Position numbers and translations under genes: made by a program
Source: Lytechinus pictus
Taxonomy: Eukaryota
Assembly (NCBI RefSeq): GCF_037042905.1
Contig: NW_026974140.1
Span: 124,001 to 188,000, forward strand
Direction: 5' to 3'
DNA: 64,000 bases
The notes under the pieces: model-generated
The model's database searches: none
The model's input: only the letters and a program-made list of their open reading frames with translations
Told to the model about the DNA's origin: nothing
In this document: positions 13,582 through 26,109 of the stretch, in pieces
How the letters are laid out: each line of letters opens with the position of its first letter
Numbering within the stretch: the stretch's first letter is position 1

Positions 13582-16500
13582 ATGGATGATGATATAGAGG
13601 ACCAAGCTATGATTGTAGAAAATGAGTGTAATTATATTAATTGTAATGATTTTCTTTTTAAAGGTAATAGCAAACTTTCTCTCCTTCATGTAAATTCACG
13701 AAGTCTATTTAGAAACTTTGAAGATCTTGTCGTTTTCTTATCCAGTGTGAAACACAATTGTTCTATTATTGGGATTTCAGAGACCTGGTTCAAACCATCT
13801 ACAGATGTAAATTTATTTCATATCCCCGAATATTCTCTTGTTCAAGTTTGTCGACAAAATAAAAGAGAGGGTGGTGTTGCTCTTTATATTAGAGAGGGTT
13901 TTGAATATACAATTCGCGATGATTTGTCAAAAGTAACTTTGGGCTACGAATGTATATACATAGAATTTGTTTTAAATAATGTTAAGACTGTTGTTGGATG
14001 TGTATATCGAGCACCTGACAATGATGTGAGGTCATTTGTTTTTGACTTTGAACAGGACTTACAAGTTCTTAGTTGCGAAAATAATAATATTTATATTATG
14101 GGCGATTTTAATACTAATTTGTTGCATTATGACTCTGATGATCGAGTAAAAGATTTTGTTGATCTCTTTACATCATTTGGCTTTTTTAGTCTTATTACAA
14201 AACCTACACGCATTACTTCTTCTTCTTCAACACTCATAGATAATATATTCACAAATTGTGTGCGAGATGCTTTTGAAAGTGGTATTTTCTGCTCAGACTT
14301 GTCTGATCATATGCCAATATTCAGCATCAATAAAGAGCCGGCTGTTATCTCTGTCAAAACAAGTAGTGAGGTCTACAAGCGTTTGATTACAGATAAAAAG
14401 ATAGAAAGTTTTAGACAAGATCTCTTTATTTTTGATTGGTCATTTCTTTACACATTGACAAATGCAGATGAGTCTTATAATTATTTTTTGTCTATCTTTT
14501 CTCGGGTGTATGATATTCATTTCCCCATCGTTAAACTGAATAAGAAACGCAAATGTAGAAAACCATGGATTACTAAGAGTCTCTTAAAATATATTAATCA
14601 TAAATATAAATTATACTGTACGTACATTAAATGTAAAAATGAGAGAAATAAAAAGAAGTATCTTGCTTATAATAAAGCGTTGACAATTCTAGTTCGAAAA
14701 AGCAAAAAAGATTATTACGACAATGTTTTTAAAAATACACAGAAGGATATTAGGTAGACTTGGACTCACATAAATGAGCTGCTTGGAAGAGGGAAAAGGG
14801 ATCTTATACCAGATGAAATGTATCATGGTGAAAATTTACTCACTACAGATCTGCAGAAAGTTGAGTATTTTGATAAATATTTTATTAATTTGCCTGAAAA
14901 TATCAGTAAAGAAATTCCAGACGCTCAAACATCTTTCAAAGATTACATGCCAAGACAAAATTATGCATCATCTCTTTTTCTGAGACCAACATCAGTTTAT
15001 GAAATCACAATGTTAGTGCCATCATTGAAGGCTTCTAAATCAAGTGGTTCAGATGACATTTCCCCTAAAGTTATCAAAGGTTGCATTCATGTCATTGCTG
15101 ACCCACTGTGTCATGTTTTCAATAAGTCAATATCTCAAGGTATTGTTCCCATTAAGTTAAAAATCGCTAAAATCGTTCCTGTCTACAAAAAGAGTGATCG
15201 TAAATGCATTGAAAATTATAGACCAATTGCTTTGTTGCCTATCTTCTCAAAGATCTTAGAGAAAATAATGTACAAAAGATTAAATGATTATTTGCTGCAT
15301 TATGATATCATGACACCACATCAATTTGGCTTCAGGAAAAATTGCTCTACTAGCATGGGTGTATTAAACTTGATTAACACGATTGTCACTGCTATGAATG
15401 ATGGAAAATTTTGCCTTGGTGCATTCCTTGATTTAAGTAAAGCCTTTGACACCTTTGATCACAGTATACTCTTAATTAAACTTGAATATTATGGCATTCG
15501 TGGGATGGCTTTAAACTGGTTTAAAAGTTATCTAGAAAACCGGTCACAATTTGTAGTTATCAATGTTGTCAGCTCAGAATATAGAAATATTAAATTTGGA
15601 GCAAGGATCGGTTCTTGGTCCGCTGCTTTTCCTAATTTATATTAATGATATTGTTAATTATTCCAAATGGCTTACATATTCTTTATATGCTGATGACACC
15701 TGTTTATTACATTCTCATAAGAACTTGCAAAGTCTTATTCGGGAGGTAAATACTGAAATTTGTCATGTTTTTGCCTGGTTTTGTTGTAATAAGCTGTTAC
15801 TGAATACAAGTAAAAAAAAATTGTTTTATTTAGAACAAAGGGAAAGAGGATCTTTGATAATATAGATCCAATAATAGTTGGTGGTCGACGAATTGAATTC
15901 AGCTCAAGTGTGCAATTTCTAATAATAATAATAATAATAAACAGTTCTTGTATAGCGCATATCACGATTATGAATAATGTCTCTATGCGCTTCCAAAGGA
16001 CTTGGATATTATTACCCCAGCTGTAGCTTGGCAGCCGTAATTACTAAGATTACAGCGCACACGCATTTCAAGGAATAAATTCCTGCCAGGTACCCATTCA
16101 CCTCACCTGGGTTGAGTGCAGCACAATGTGGATAAATTTCTTGCCGAAGGAAATTACGCCATGGCTGGGATTCGAACCCACAACCCTCTGTTTCAAAGTC
16201 CGGATACTAATCCACTGGGCCACAACCTCCATTCTAGGTGTCACAGTTGATGAATACTTGTCATGGAATTATCACCTTAATAATGTGTGTTCTAAAGTAT
16301 CTCGTAATGTTGGTGTGATATCAAAAGTAAGATATTTCTTACCTCAACGAACATTGGTTTCTTTATATAATGCTCTTAATTGTGCCACATTTAATGTATT
16401 GCAATATTGATTGGGGGAATACATATATGACTCATGTACGTAAACTACAAGTTCTTCAAAATAAAGCTATAAGATATGTAACAAATTCAAATTATCTGGC

Positions 16501-16855
16501 TCAAAGTTCTCCGCTCTTTTTGCAGTAGAATATGTTACCATTTAATGAAATGGTCTCGCTGAATTGTGTTATTTTCATGTATAAATACCAATCCCTGCAT
16601 TGTTCTTTTTTACAAGAAACTTTTGTGGTTAATTCTAAGATTCATAATTATAACACACGTCAGAGACATCTTATTCACCAACCCTATGCTAGAATTAATG
16701 CTACATTGAAATCCTCCAGAACAATTTGCGTTAAAGAATGGAATATGTGTCCTGCTGATATAAGAAGTAGCAGTACCCTGTCTCGGTTTAAGAAATTATG
16801 TCATGAATACCTACTTGATAAATTTAAGACCAGTGTTAGTTGCACCTGGGGGTGA
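13582..16855 (+). pseudogene. LINE ORF2, APE endonuclease plus reverse transcriptase, disrupted
   Basis: APE: HVNSRSL, GISETW, GGVALYI, MGDFN, IDNIF, SDH. RT: NYRPIALL, QFGFR, DLSKAFD, QGSVLGP, YADDT. Stop at 14755, frameshift near 15600, SINE at 15922. Confidence 0.95.
15922..16231 (-). mobile_element. tRNA-derived SINE (TTG/Gln-like loop) inserted in ORF2
   Basis: A box TGGCCCAGTGG, B box GGTTCGAATCCC, (TTA)n tail, TTCTA duplication; removing it restores VQFLGVTVD. Confidence 0.9.
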
Positions 16856-17514
16856 CATGTTTGGAGTGTGAATGTGTGTGTTTGTCTGTGTGAGTGTGTG
16901 TATGCTTGCGTGTGGGTAGTGTTCCTGTTGTGATCTTTAAATACCTTGTATTTTTTTTTCTTCTTTTCATAGTTATTCCATGTTTGAGTAAAATATCTTA
17001 TGCAGGGGCCCCTGATTACAAGTTGTGCTTCTTTGGGGTCCCAAACCTGTCATTTGTTTTAGTTCTTTATAATGTAACAATTTATTTTGTTTGTATTTTG
17101 TTCTCCTTTGACTGGTTTGAATAAATTCAATTCAATTCAATTCAAATCATACTTGATTACTCTTATGTCCAAGTTTCATTAATCAGATCCATAAACTTCC
17201 AAAGTTATAATTCAACATATACCCCCAATTTGGCCAAAGTTCATTGACCCTAAATGACCTTTGAACTTGGTCATGTGACTTGAAACTCAAGCAGGATGTT
17301 CAGTAATACTTGATATACTTTTGTCCAAGTTTCATGAACTAGGTCCATATATTTTCTAAGTTATGATGACATTTCAAAAACTTAACCTTTAGGTTAAGAT
17401 TTTGATGTTGATTCCCCCAACATGGTCTAAGTTCATTGACCCTAAATGACCTTTGACCTGAGTCATGTGACCTGAAACTCAGCTAGGATGTGTAGTAATA
17501 CTTGATTAACTTTA

Positions 17515-20500
17515 TAAGTGCGGTATTGTGTGTTATCCCGTAGGATTTGTTTGCCAAAATTGATTTTTTTTTTGTTTTGGCTTCAATAGGGTCCCTTTAG
17601 ACCAAAAATGATGGGGTTCAAATTTTCAGCCCCCTCCTTCCCTTCGTGGGGGGTCATTTTTGGCGCCATATTGGCCTGTACAAATCCCAATAGGAAAATT
17701 CTTTGTTGTCAACCTTATTTCTCACTTTTTCTTCGCCGATTTCATTTTTAAGTTGTCTGAGGTGTATATGAATGAATAGTTGATAATGTTGTGATGTCAA
17801 TGTTTTTTCACTTTTACCATATGGGGGCGGATTTTGCGAAAAATGCCCCAAAATTGTAAAATATTACCCCAAAAATGTAATTTTTCCCCTTTTTTGGCAC
17901 TACAATTAGGACAAAAAGATTACAAAATGAAATGCATATGTCTTATTATACAGTCCAATAACAGAAGAATATATATAGGACTTTTGCGCCAAATTTTTTT
18001 TTTTTTTTTCATTTTGGATTCACTTGGGTCCAATCTATCAGGAAGTGATAGGGTTCAAATTTTCCCCACCCTCACCCACTGCCCGAGGGGGGGGGGGTCA
18101 CCTATATCAAGACCCCCAAAAATCAGGTGTATTAACAATTTTGCGCCTGGTTAAAAAATGAATTATGGTATTTTATCATCCCTAGACAGCTAAAATGCTT
18201 ATATCTGAAGACTTCCAGTTAAACGAGCATCCTACCAACCATATCCCCTACCCCCCCCCCCTCCCAACTGACTGGCATACAACTTTCACCATTCAGCCAC
18301 TCGTTCGAGAGTACAATTTACAACTAAAGGACTTCTATTCGAATTGTCAATTATATACATCTCGGCTAATTTCCAATTACCGATAGACAGAAAGAAACAC
18401 ATAAAGTATGTTTTAATGCCCCCCCCCCACACACGCACACACATGCACATTATCATTATTGAAATAATATGGGATGTTTTATTAATTGACCTTCACAATA
18501 TTTATAGAATTTCCGAACTTACAAACATGCATTGTGACTTAATTTCGAAGGTAGGGCCTATAGACTATTCAATGTACATCAAAAATATCCTTACTCGGAA
18601 AAAATGCAACAAATTGTTTTTCACACTTTTTAGTACTATTTGACCTCAGGAATAATATACTAAAAATCTACCAAAATCCGCATCAGGGAAAGTGGTTATT
18701 TTCAAGTAGTATCCAAGATGGCAACCATTCACTGAAAATTAATAAATACGACTCACTCTCTATCCACCCGAGGATCCTAATTGGTTTCATGCTCCATGGT
18801 GTAGGAGGTAAAATAATTTGTTGAAACGGGGTAGAGTGAATATAAGGACCCCAGGATACCTGGAAAACCCAAGATGGCATCAAAAATGGCTGTCGTGTAC
18901 TAAAAATCCACAATGTAGTTGCCATTCAATGATTTTAAGGGTGAAGTAGTAAATTGGAAAAAGTTACAAGGACAGTGAGTGGTCTGTTGGGTCCAAAAAT
19001 CCATGATGGCTTCAAAAAAAATATTTTGAAATGGCTGCTGCTAAACTTAAAGCAGACATGGCTGATGTCATATCGTCCAGGGAAATGTGATTTTGATGTT
19101 TAACTTTAGACCACTGGTTTGGGTCAAGTAATATAGATAAGGATAAGGCAGGGGCAGTCAGTGGTCTGGTATGTCCATAAATCAAAGATGAATTCCAAAA
19201 TTTGATCTTACAACGGCTGTTGATACTTAAAGCGGACATAGTTCATTTCATATCGGCCTGGGAGATATAATTTTGGTGTCTAAACCAATGGTTTTAAGGG
19301 TCAAATAAGACATTAGGACAAGTTAATAGGGGCAGTTAGTGGTCTGGTATGTCAAATATGCGATATGGCCTCCAAAATGCAGGGTCTACATTGACTGTGG
19401 TTCTTAAAAGTAGACATATTTAATTAGAAATGCACATTGTGAATTTGATTTTGATGTCTACACTAGAGTTTAAAGGATCAAGTATATTGTGTCAAGTTGA
19501 AAGAACAGTCGGGTGTCAAGTTTGTCAAAAAATCCAAGATTGCTTCAATGACTGATGTTACTTAAAAGTGGATATAGAACATTAAACATACACCTTTGGC
19601 TATTATTTAGGTGTCTACACTAGTATTTCAAGTGTTAAACACTTTTATTAAGGACTGGTTACAATGATTATGCAGTTTTCCATTTTGCCTTAAAATCCAA
19701 GTTGGCTTTCAAAAATGGGTTCTAAAAATGACTATTGTTACTAGTGGATAGATCATTCACTCAATATCGACATGTGAGAAATATTTTGGTGCCTACACTT
19801 AAATGTATGTGATAAGTTATCATATTGATTCATGAGTTTATAATAGCACCCATTTGATGAAATGTTTTAATCTACCATGGATTTTGGACAAAATGGAAAA
19901 CTAAATATCCTTGTTATTTGTCAAATGTATTATCTGACCCTTTATACCACCATGTAGACACCACAATTATTCCTCGCAGATTAATATTGTATAAACTCCG
20001 ACCATTATTAATGAGTTTTAGGAATCATTTTAGATGCCATTTTGAAAACTTTCTTGGCTTTTTAGGCAAAATGGACCAGTGCATATCTTTGTAACCAGTC
20101 GAAAGTATCATTTTAATCATGAAACCATTGAGTGGACACCAAAATCATATGTCCTTGGTGGATTTTAAATGAACTTTGTTCATTTTTAAGTAACAGCAGT
20201 CACTTTAGACTCAGATTTATTGACGCCATCTTGGATTTTTCGACATAGACCACTGACAGTCCTTGTTATAATATGATAATATTAATAATATAGGTATATT
20301 TACCTAGGGAAGCCACTTCAGTTCTAAAACTGTTCTCCCAGCGGGCCTTGCTATTATTATTACCCCTGCTTTAAATGGGCTGCCTAGGCGCTCAAGCATT
20401 CAAGGAATTTATTCTTACCGGGTACCCATTTACCTCACCTGGGTTGAGTGCAGCACAATGTGGATAATTTTTTTGCAGAAGGAAATTATGCCATGGCTGG

Positions 20501-21672
20501 GATTTTAACCCACGACCCTTTCAAAGTCAAAAGTAAAACTAATCCACTGGGCCACAACGCTCGAACGCTTGTAACTAATTTTCTGACTTTAAAAATCATG
20601 GTTTAGACATCAAAACCATATCCTTGATGGATATTACATGTCCATTTGTAAATAACAATGGCTATTTTATACTCCATTGTTTAACATACTCGACCAACGA
20701 CTCTCCTTGTAACTTATTCTTATGCATTATTTGACCCACTTTACCATGGTAGACACAAAAATTCATATTTCCGGATACTGAACAAACTATATCTGTTTTT
20801 CAAACACCAACAGCAATTTCAAACTCAATTTTTGGAAGCCATCTTGGGTTTTTTAACATACCAGACCACTGACAGTCCCGGAATGTTGAAAATTCTTGTC
20901 CCAATTTTGATCATTGAAACCATGGTCTAGACACCAATTCCATCTATCTCAGGTTGATATAAAATTGTGCTATGTCCATTTAAAGTATCAACAGCCATTT
21001 TAAACTCAATTTTTGGAAGTCATCTTGGATTTCCGGGCACGAGACCACTTGCTGTCCTTGTAAATTTTCCCAATATACTTCTTAACCCTTAAAAACCTTT
21101 GAATAGAAAACAAAAATAAGGTAGTAAGGTTTTCTCTGCATAAAATCCTGAAATGGGTTGATTTTTACACCAATTGACCCAAAATAATGATATAAATTGC
21201 ATGTGACATATTCCTCTGTTATTGTATTGTATAACAAAACATATTCATTTCATTTTGTAATCCTTTTGTCCTAATTCTAGTGCCAAAAAATGGAAAAATA
21301 ATATTTTATTGGTAATATTTTACAATTTTGGGGCATTTATCAGAAATTCCGCCCCCATATGGTAAAAGTGAGGAAACATTGACATCACAACAGCATTATA
21401 TATTCATTCTCATACACCTCAGACAACTTAGAAATAAAATTGGCGAAGAAAGTTAGAAATAAGGTTGAAAACAATGGATTATCCTATTGGGCTTTGTACA
21501 GGCCAATATGGCGCCAAAAAGGACCCCCCACGAAGGGAAGGAGGGGGCTGAAAATTTGAACCCCATCATTTTTGGTCTGAGGGGACCCTATTGAAGCCAA
21601 AACAACCAAAAAAATCAATTTGGGCACGCAAGTCCTACGGGAGCTGTGTCAGTGACGTACCGTACCACACTA
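17515..21672. mobile_element. Foldback DNA element with ~450-600-bp inverted arms and TTA duplication (tentatively Academ-like), copy A
   Basis: 17515-17975 is the reverse complement of ~21200-21672; ends TAAGTGCGGTA / TACCACACTA; TTA on both flanks within an array monomer. Confidence 0.75.
20270..20562 (-). mobile_element. tRNA-derived SINE with the same head and core as 15922-16231 but a different 3' tail
   Basis: Shares GGTACCCATT.ACCTCACCTGGGTTGAGTGCAGCACAATGTGGATAA and CTAATCCACTGGGCCACAAC. Confidence 0.85.
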
Positions 21673-22139
21673 TTATGCTCAAGTTTCATGAACTAGGTCT
21701 ATATACTTTATGAGTTATGCTGTCATTTCAAAAACTTAACCTTCGGCTAAGATTTGATGTTGACGCCGCCGCCGTCTGAAAAGCGGTGCCTATAGTCTCA
21801 CTCTGCTATGCAGGTAAGACAAAAATCACCTAACAGACAATGCGAGCGCAAAGCGCGAGCCAAAATTGTGTATAATGACATGAAATATTCTTTCCAAGTT
21901 TTCCCCTCATCTTATTTTATTCACTCTTAAAAATTTGACAAGCAAAAATAAACAAAGGTTTTCACTAAAAATGTAAGGTCATTTAGTCCCAAAAAATGTA
22001 TTATTTCGAATGTGAATGATGCATTTTCTCCATCATAAAAAAACAAAAATAGTGGGGGGACATTTGATATTGCGTCCCCCCTACTATTTTTGGTTGAGGG
22101 GACACGTCCCCCCTGTCCCCCCTGGGATTTCCGCCCATG

Positions 22140-22652
22140 ACCACAGCGACAAATAAAGAAACTACAGGCTATCCAAAACTCTGCTGCAAGGTTAGTTACT
22201 CAAACTCGAAAATATGAATCAATCACCCCTGTACTACGAAACTGACATTGGCTTCCTGTTCATTCTCGTATTTCTATCAAATTATTAGTTTTTGCATATG
22301 AATGCTTCCATGAGACAGCTCCATCATATTCAACCGAATTATTAACTTAATACATCACACTACTCGTACTCTAATATCAAGCACAAATCAGCTGTTTGCT
22401 ATTACTCCCATTGTTACCAAAACATATGGTGAGCACTCTTTGCACATGCCTCTTCCGTCTTATGGAATGCACTTCCCAATTTTATGAGAAATATTCATGA
22501 TTTAGATAAGTTTAAGTTGTAATGAACTCAGGGCCCAACACTCTTTACTTACTTTCTAATTTCTTTCCTTAATTTCATCCAAGTGCGTAGGGACATGCAT
22601 TGCTATGTGTTATGCGCTATTAAAGGACTAATTATTATAATTATTATTATTA
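22140..22652 (+). pseudogene. L2 LINE 3' part and tail (copy A)
   Basis: PQRQIKKLQAIQNSAARLV...ITPVLRN*HWLPV; tail ATGCGCTATTAAA...(ATT)n. Confidence 0.88.
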
Positions 22653-23030
22653 AGAAAGAAGACAGGAAAAGGGCTAAAGAAATAGAGAAAAGGGGGAAAA
22701 AATAGAGAGGAAGCTAAGAAGAAAGAGAGAGAGAGGGGGAAAGAGGGGAAAAAAGAGAAGAAAAAATAGAGAGTAAGGAGGAAACGAAGAGAAGAAAAAC
22801 GAGAAAAGAGAGAGGAAAAGAAAATATGGGGAAAAAAGAGAAGAAAAAGGGGAAAGGAAGACAAGAAAGAAGAGGAAGAGAAGGGGAAAATGAAGAGAAG
22901 AAAAAAGAGAGAGACAGGAGGAAGGAAAAGAAAAAAGAAGAGGGGGGAAAGAAAGAGAGAAGGAAAAGAGAAAGGGAGGGGAATAAGGAAATGAGAAATA
23001 AAAGGAGATGGTAAAAGAAAGAGGGAGATG
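22653..23030. repeat. Purine-rich (GA) low-complexity tract; also at 37865-38260
   Basis: Almost pure A/G on the plus strand. Confidence 0.92.
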
Positions 23031-23187
23031 TCGAACTAGGCGGCGCCAAAATTTCGTTCGAACTATGGGGCGCCGAATTGATATTTGAACAAGGAGGGGG
23101 GGGGGCGAATTAATTTTTAATGATGTTTGAACTGGGAGGGGGTGCCAAATTGATGTTCGAACTAGGGGAGCGCCGAATCGATGTTCA
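23030..23187 (+). repeat. ~27-bp minisatellite GAACTAGGGGGCGCC.AATTGATGTTC; also at 38260-38416
   Basis: About five diverged tandem units. Confidence 0.8.
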
Positions 23188-23192
23188 ATATA

Positions 23193-25063
23193 CATAGGCC
23201 GATCCAGGGGGCAAATTTTTTGCCCCCAAAAAACGAATTTGTCCCTTTTTCAGAAAAAAAAACGCGAAAAGTTTTAGGAAGAAGAATAAAAGATAGTCAT
23301 AATTTTTATATGATGACAAAATGTCCTTAGGCCTCGCGATTCGCGCTCGCATCATTTATTTAGTGCTATCCACGTCCATTTCACAATTTCCTTATATACA
23401 CCGTGCTGTAAAGGTGCTTAAATTCACCCATTTCATATCTGAATTCCAAGTATTATTTTCAGCTCGCGCTCCGCGCTCGCATTATTGATTTTCATGATAA
23501 AAAATGAAATGTATTCAGAATGCCCAGCGCGCATGTTTATTGAGATGCGCAGCTTGATCTTATTCAAAATGTGCTAAAATTATCCAGTTTCAGATCAGAA
23601 TATCAAAAATTTTCTGCTCGGGCTTTGCGCTCGCAGTATTAATGACAATGTAGGAAGATACCAAAACTTACCCATCCTTTTTCATGATTGACAAAACATG
23701 AATCAAGTGTCCCGTTGGGGGTTTGAAATATCATCTTTTTAGGTTGGAATATAAAAAATGTTCAGCTCGCGCTCGCATTATTTAATAGTTGAAATATGTA
23801 TCGTCTTAATGGCTAACTGCAAAACATCCTTAACAGGTCCCTTTTCGACCAGGCGAGAACGCATATTAAACATTTCTGCTCGCGCGTCGCGCTTGTGATA
23901 ATTATAAATACCATTCATTTTTCGTTCGTCTTGTCTTATATTGTTTCAATGATCTGGCAACAATATTTTGATTATCACTTTCGCTTGTATTTATTTATGT
24001 TTTAATAAAATGTTTTAATTTTCATTGTCTCTTTGTTTGTACATGATCATGATATCAACTTGTATTTTAATGAATTGGAAATAAATGCTGAATTGAATTA
24101 AATAGTTACATACGCATTTTGTTCAGGCTCACAAACATTGCCAAGAATGTTCAATTTTCGAGACAAAATACATACAATTTCAATTATTTTAGCTCGCATA
24201 GGGCTTATGAGATTATTACACATTTAGGTTGCTTATTAAGTAAAGCTAGTAAATGACCGTTAGGACATGGGCGTTTTGCCCCCCCCCCAAAAAAAAAAAA
24301 TAAATAAAAATAAAAATAAAAATAAACTTTCAGCGGCCGATCGGGGAAAATATGGGTGAAAAAAATTGCCCCCGCTCCTTATTCATTGGCGGAAGCTGGG
24401 TCCGCCCCTGACTCAGCCTTTCAGGATAAAATACATGAAAAATAAAAATATCAGATCGCGATTCGCGTTCTCATTATTTATTTAGGCCTTGTGAGATACC
24501 TCAATGTGTTTTTAAGAATAAAATTTAATATTTTCTTTAACATCTACCCCCCCCCCATTTCATTTTTTTTCTCGGTGCCCTCTACCAAAGTTCAACAAGC
24601 CCCCCCCCCCCGTGTACCCCTGCTGAATAAATAACGGCTACGCCACTGATGAGGAGATTGAGTCGATCGCTTCGAGATTGCATTATTCCCAAGAGGTTAT
24701 CATTAATATTATTGAAGGCTATTTTAAAACAACTAGTAAATAAACTACAGCTCTCGTTCACTAAATATTCTAGTAGGGACTACTTTAGTGAGAAGTTAAA
24801 CCAAATTGAAACCCCCCCCCCAAAATCGCTCGCGCTTCGCGCTCCCATTGATGTTGCATTATATTTCATATTCATGGATTTTTTTTTTTGTCATGAACAC
24901 ATTAAAATAGTGATCTTTAATTGCCTTAAAAATGTGATTATAAGATATTTAAAATGCATTCAAGGCACTTAAGTTAGCCCGGCCGGGAGGGAGGGTGCAA
25001 TTTTTCAAAAAAGTACACCTGGGCGCCAAAAATCAGGTCAAATTTGATCCTGGATCCGCGCCT
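23193..25063. mobile_element. Cluster of degenerate or nested non-autonomous DNA elements with hAT-like ends; also at ~38421-40288
   Basis: End-like motifs CATAGGCCGATCCAG, CTGGGTCCGCCCCTG (24410), GCTACGCCACTG (24647), CTGGATCCGCGCCTG (25063); body rich in GCGCTCGC. Confidence 0.45.
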
Positions 25064-25668
25064 GGGTTCTATAACAATAACCCATTTAGGGCAATCATCC
25101 CCTGACAACTACTTCAAGGGAAATATTATCCCTATATTTTTACGCCAGGGACTGTTACCCCCCGGAAATTTACCCTCCAGACAATTAGCCCGGATAATTA
25201 CCCCTAGTACGGAGCCTTGAAAATGCAATCGAAGTGACGATATGGCGTGATACTTTATCTTTCCATGTCTAATTAACAAGCTTATTATTTCGACTTGGCA
25301 TTATATTCTATCTTGTCAAGTCTATATGTCGACATGGCGAGATGTGAAGTGTAAAACTAAAAGTCCCGGCGAGAATCCCGATATATCGCCATGTTGATAT
25401 ATAACTTTTTATAAGTGGACTTGGCAAGACAACGTATCTCGCCATGCGGACATACTAATCTTATTTAGTCGACATATCAAGATAAAGTATCTCGCCATGT
25501 CGTCAAGTCGATGGCATTTTAAAGGCTACGTTCTAGGGGTAATTGGCGTCTATAGGGTAAATTTAGGGGGGGGGGTAAAAGTCCCCGACGATAAAAATAT
25601 GGGGATAATATTTTCCTTGAAGTAGCTGTCAGGGGCGATTGTCCTTTGGGTCATCGTAATAGAACCCC
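25064..25668. mobile_element. Palindromic MITE; copy B (~40288-40890) lacks the outer right end
   Basis: GGGTTCTATAAC...CCCCTGACAACTACTTCAAGG inverted against CCTTGAAGTAGCTGTCAGGGG...ATAGAACCCC. Confidence 0.75.
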
Positions 25669-25745
25669 ATGTACTCGTATCATTGGCATTTTGACCTCTC
25701 TATGACATTTGATCTCACTATATCCTGATCATAATTTTACACACA

Positions 25746-25880
25746 CCGCGGACTATCAGACCCGCGGACTAACGGACCCGCGGACTATAGGACGCGCGGT
25801 CTATCGGACCCGCGGACTAACGGACCCGCGGACTATCGGACCCGCGGACTATCAGACCCGCGGACCATCGGGCTGTAACC
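25746..25880 (+). repeat. 16-bp minisatellite GGACCCGCGGACTA(T/A)C; also at 40964-41115
   Basis: 7-8 tandem units; copy B has one more unit. Confidence 0.92.
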
Positions 25881-25910
25881 TAAAATACATAAATTCTCTG
25901 AAAACGTACA

Positions 25911-26109
25911 TGTCATGTGGCGAGTGACTTTTATTTTATTATTTACCTTCTGCTGCTTGACACCAAATAAAGAATACGTAAAACTGATAAATACAGTTAT
26001 TAAAAAGATTTAATCAAATCTCTTTTGTCATTCTGTGGTTTCATTTTGATTTCTTTTACAATGATTGTACATGAAATATGCATGGATATAACAAAATATT
26101 ACTTAACTT
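25911..26109. mobile_element. LTR fragment, same family as 30298-31261, cut by the L1-type LINE; also at 41146-41344
   Basis: TGTCA.GTGG..AGTGACTTT...CTGCTGCTTGACACCAAATAAAGAATA...ACTTAACTT matches the first ~200 bp of the solo LTR. Confidence 0.8.

Larger units (their letters stand above)
12446..17148 (+). mobile_element. CR1/L2-group LINE, 5'-truncated inside ORF1, private to copy A
   Basis: ORF1 plus APE-RT ORF2; 3' AATAAA followed by (TTCAA)4; ATACT on both sides (12441-12445, 17149-17153); empty site in copy B (~32038). Confidence 0.93.
11631..21825 (-). mobile_element. Helentron-associated (HINE-like) non-autonomous element with internal ~160-bp tandem array (copy A)
   Basis: Asymmetric subterminal IR GTCTCACCTGCAT (11653) / ATGCAGGTAAGAC (21808), extra IR GTCTCACTCTGC, A-rich ends, no TSD; monomers TGACCTTTGAC..GGTCATGTGACCTGAAACT at 11936, 12099, 12263, 12405. 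Confidence 0.65.
8900..22139. mobile_element. Non-autonomous hAT-type element with nested inserts (copy A)
   Basis: 14-bp TIR CATGGGCGGAAATC/GATTTCCGCCCATG; 8-bp TSD AACACAGC (8892-8899) / ACCACAGC (22140-22147); L2 coding sequence resumes after it. Confidence 0.88.

Noticed and set aside
16158..16231. tRNA-Gln gene on the minus strand
   Set aside because: Acceptor stem does not pair; it continues into a SINE core and tail with a TSD inside LINE ORF2
22628..23195. F/S/L-rich and K/E/R-rich ORFs (also 37815-38435)
   Set aside because: Translation artefacts of a GA-rich tract lacking stop codons
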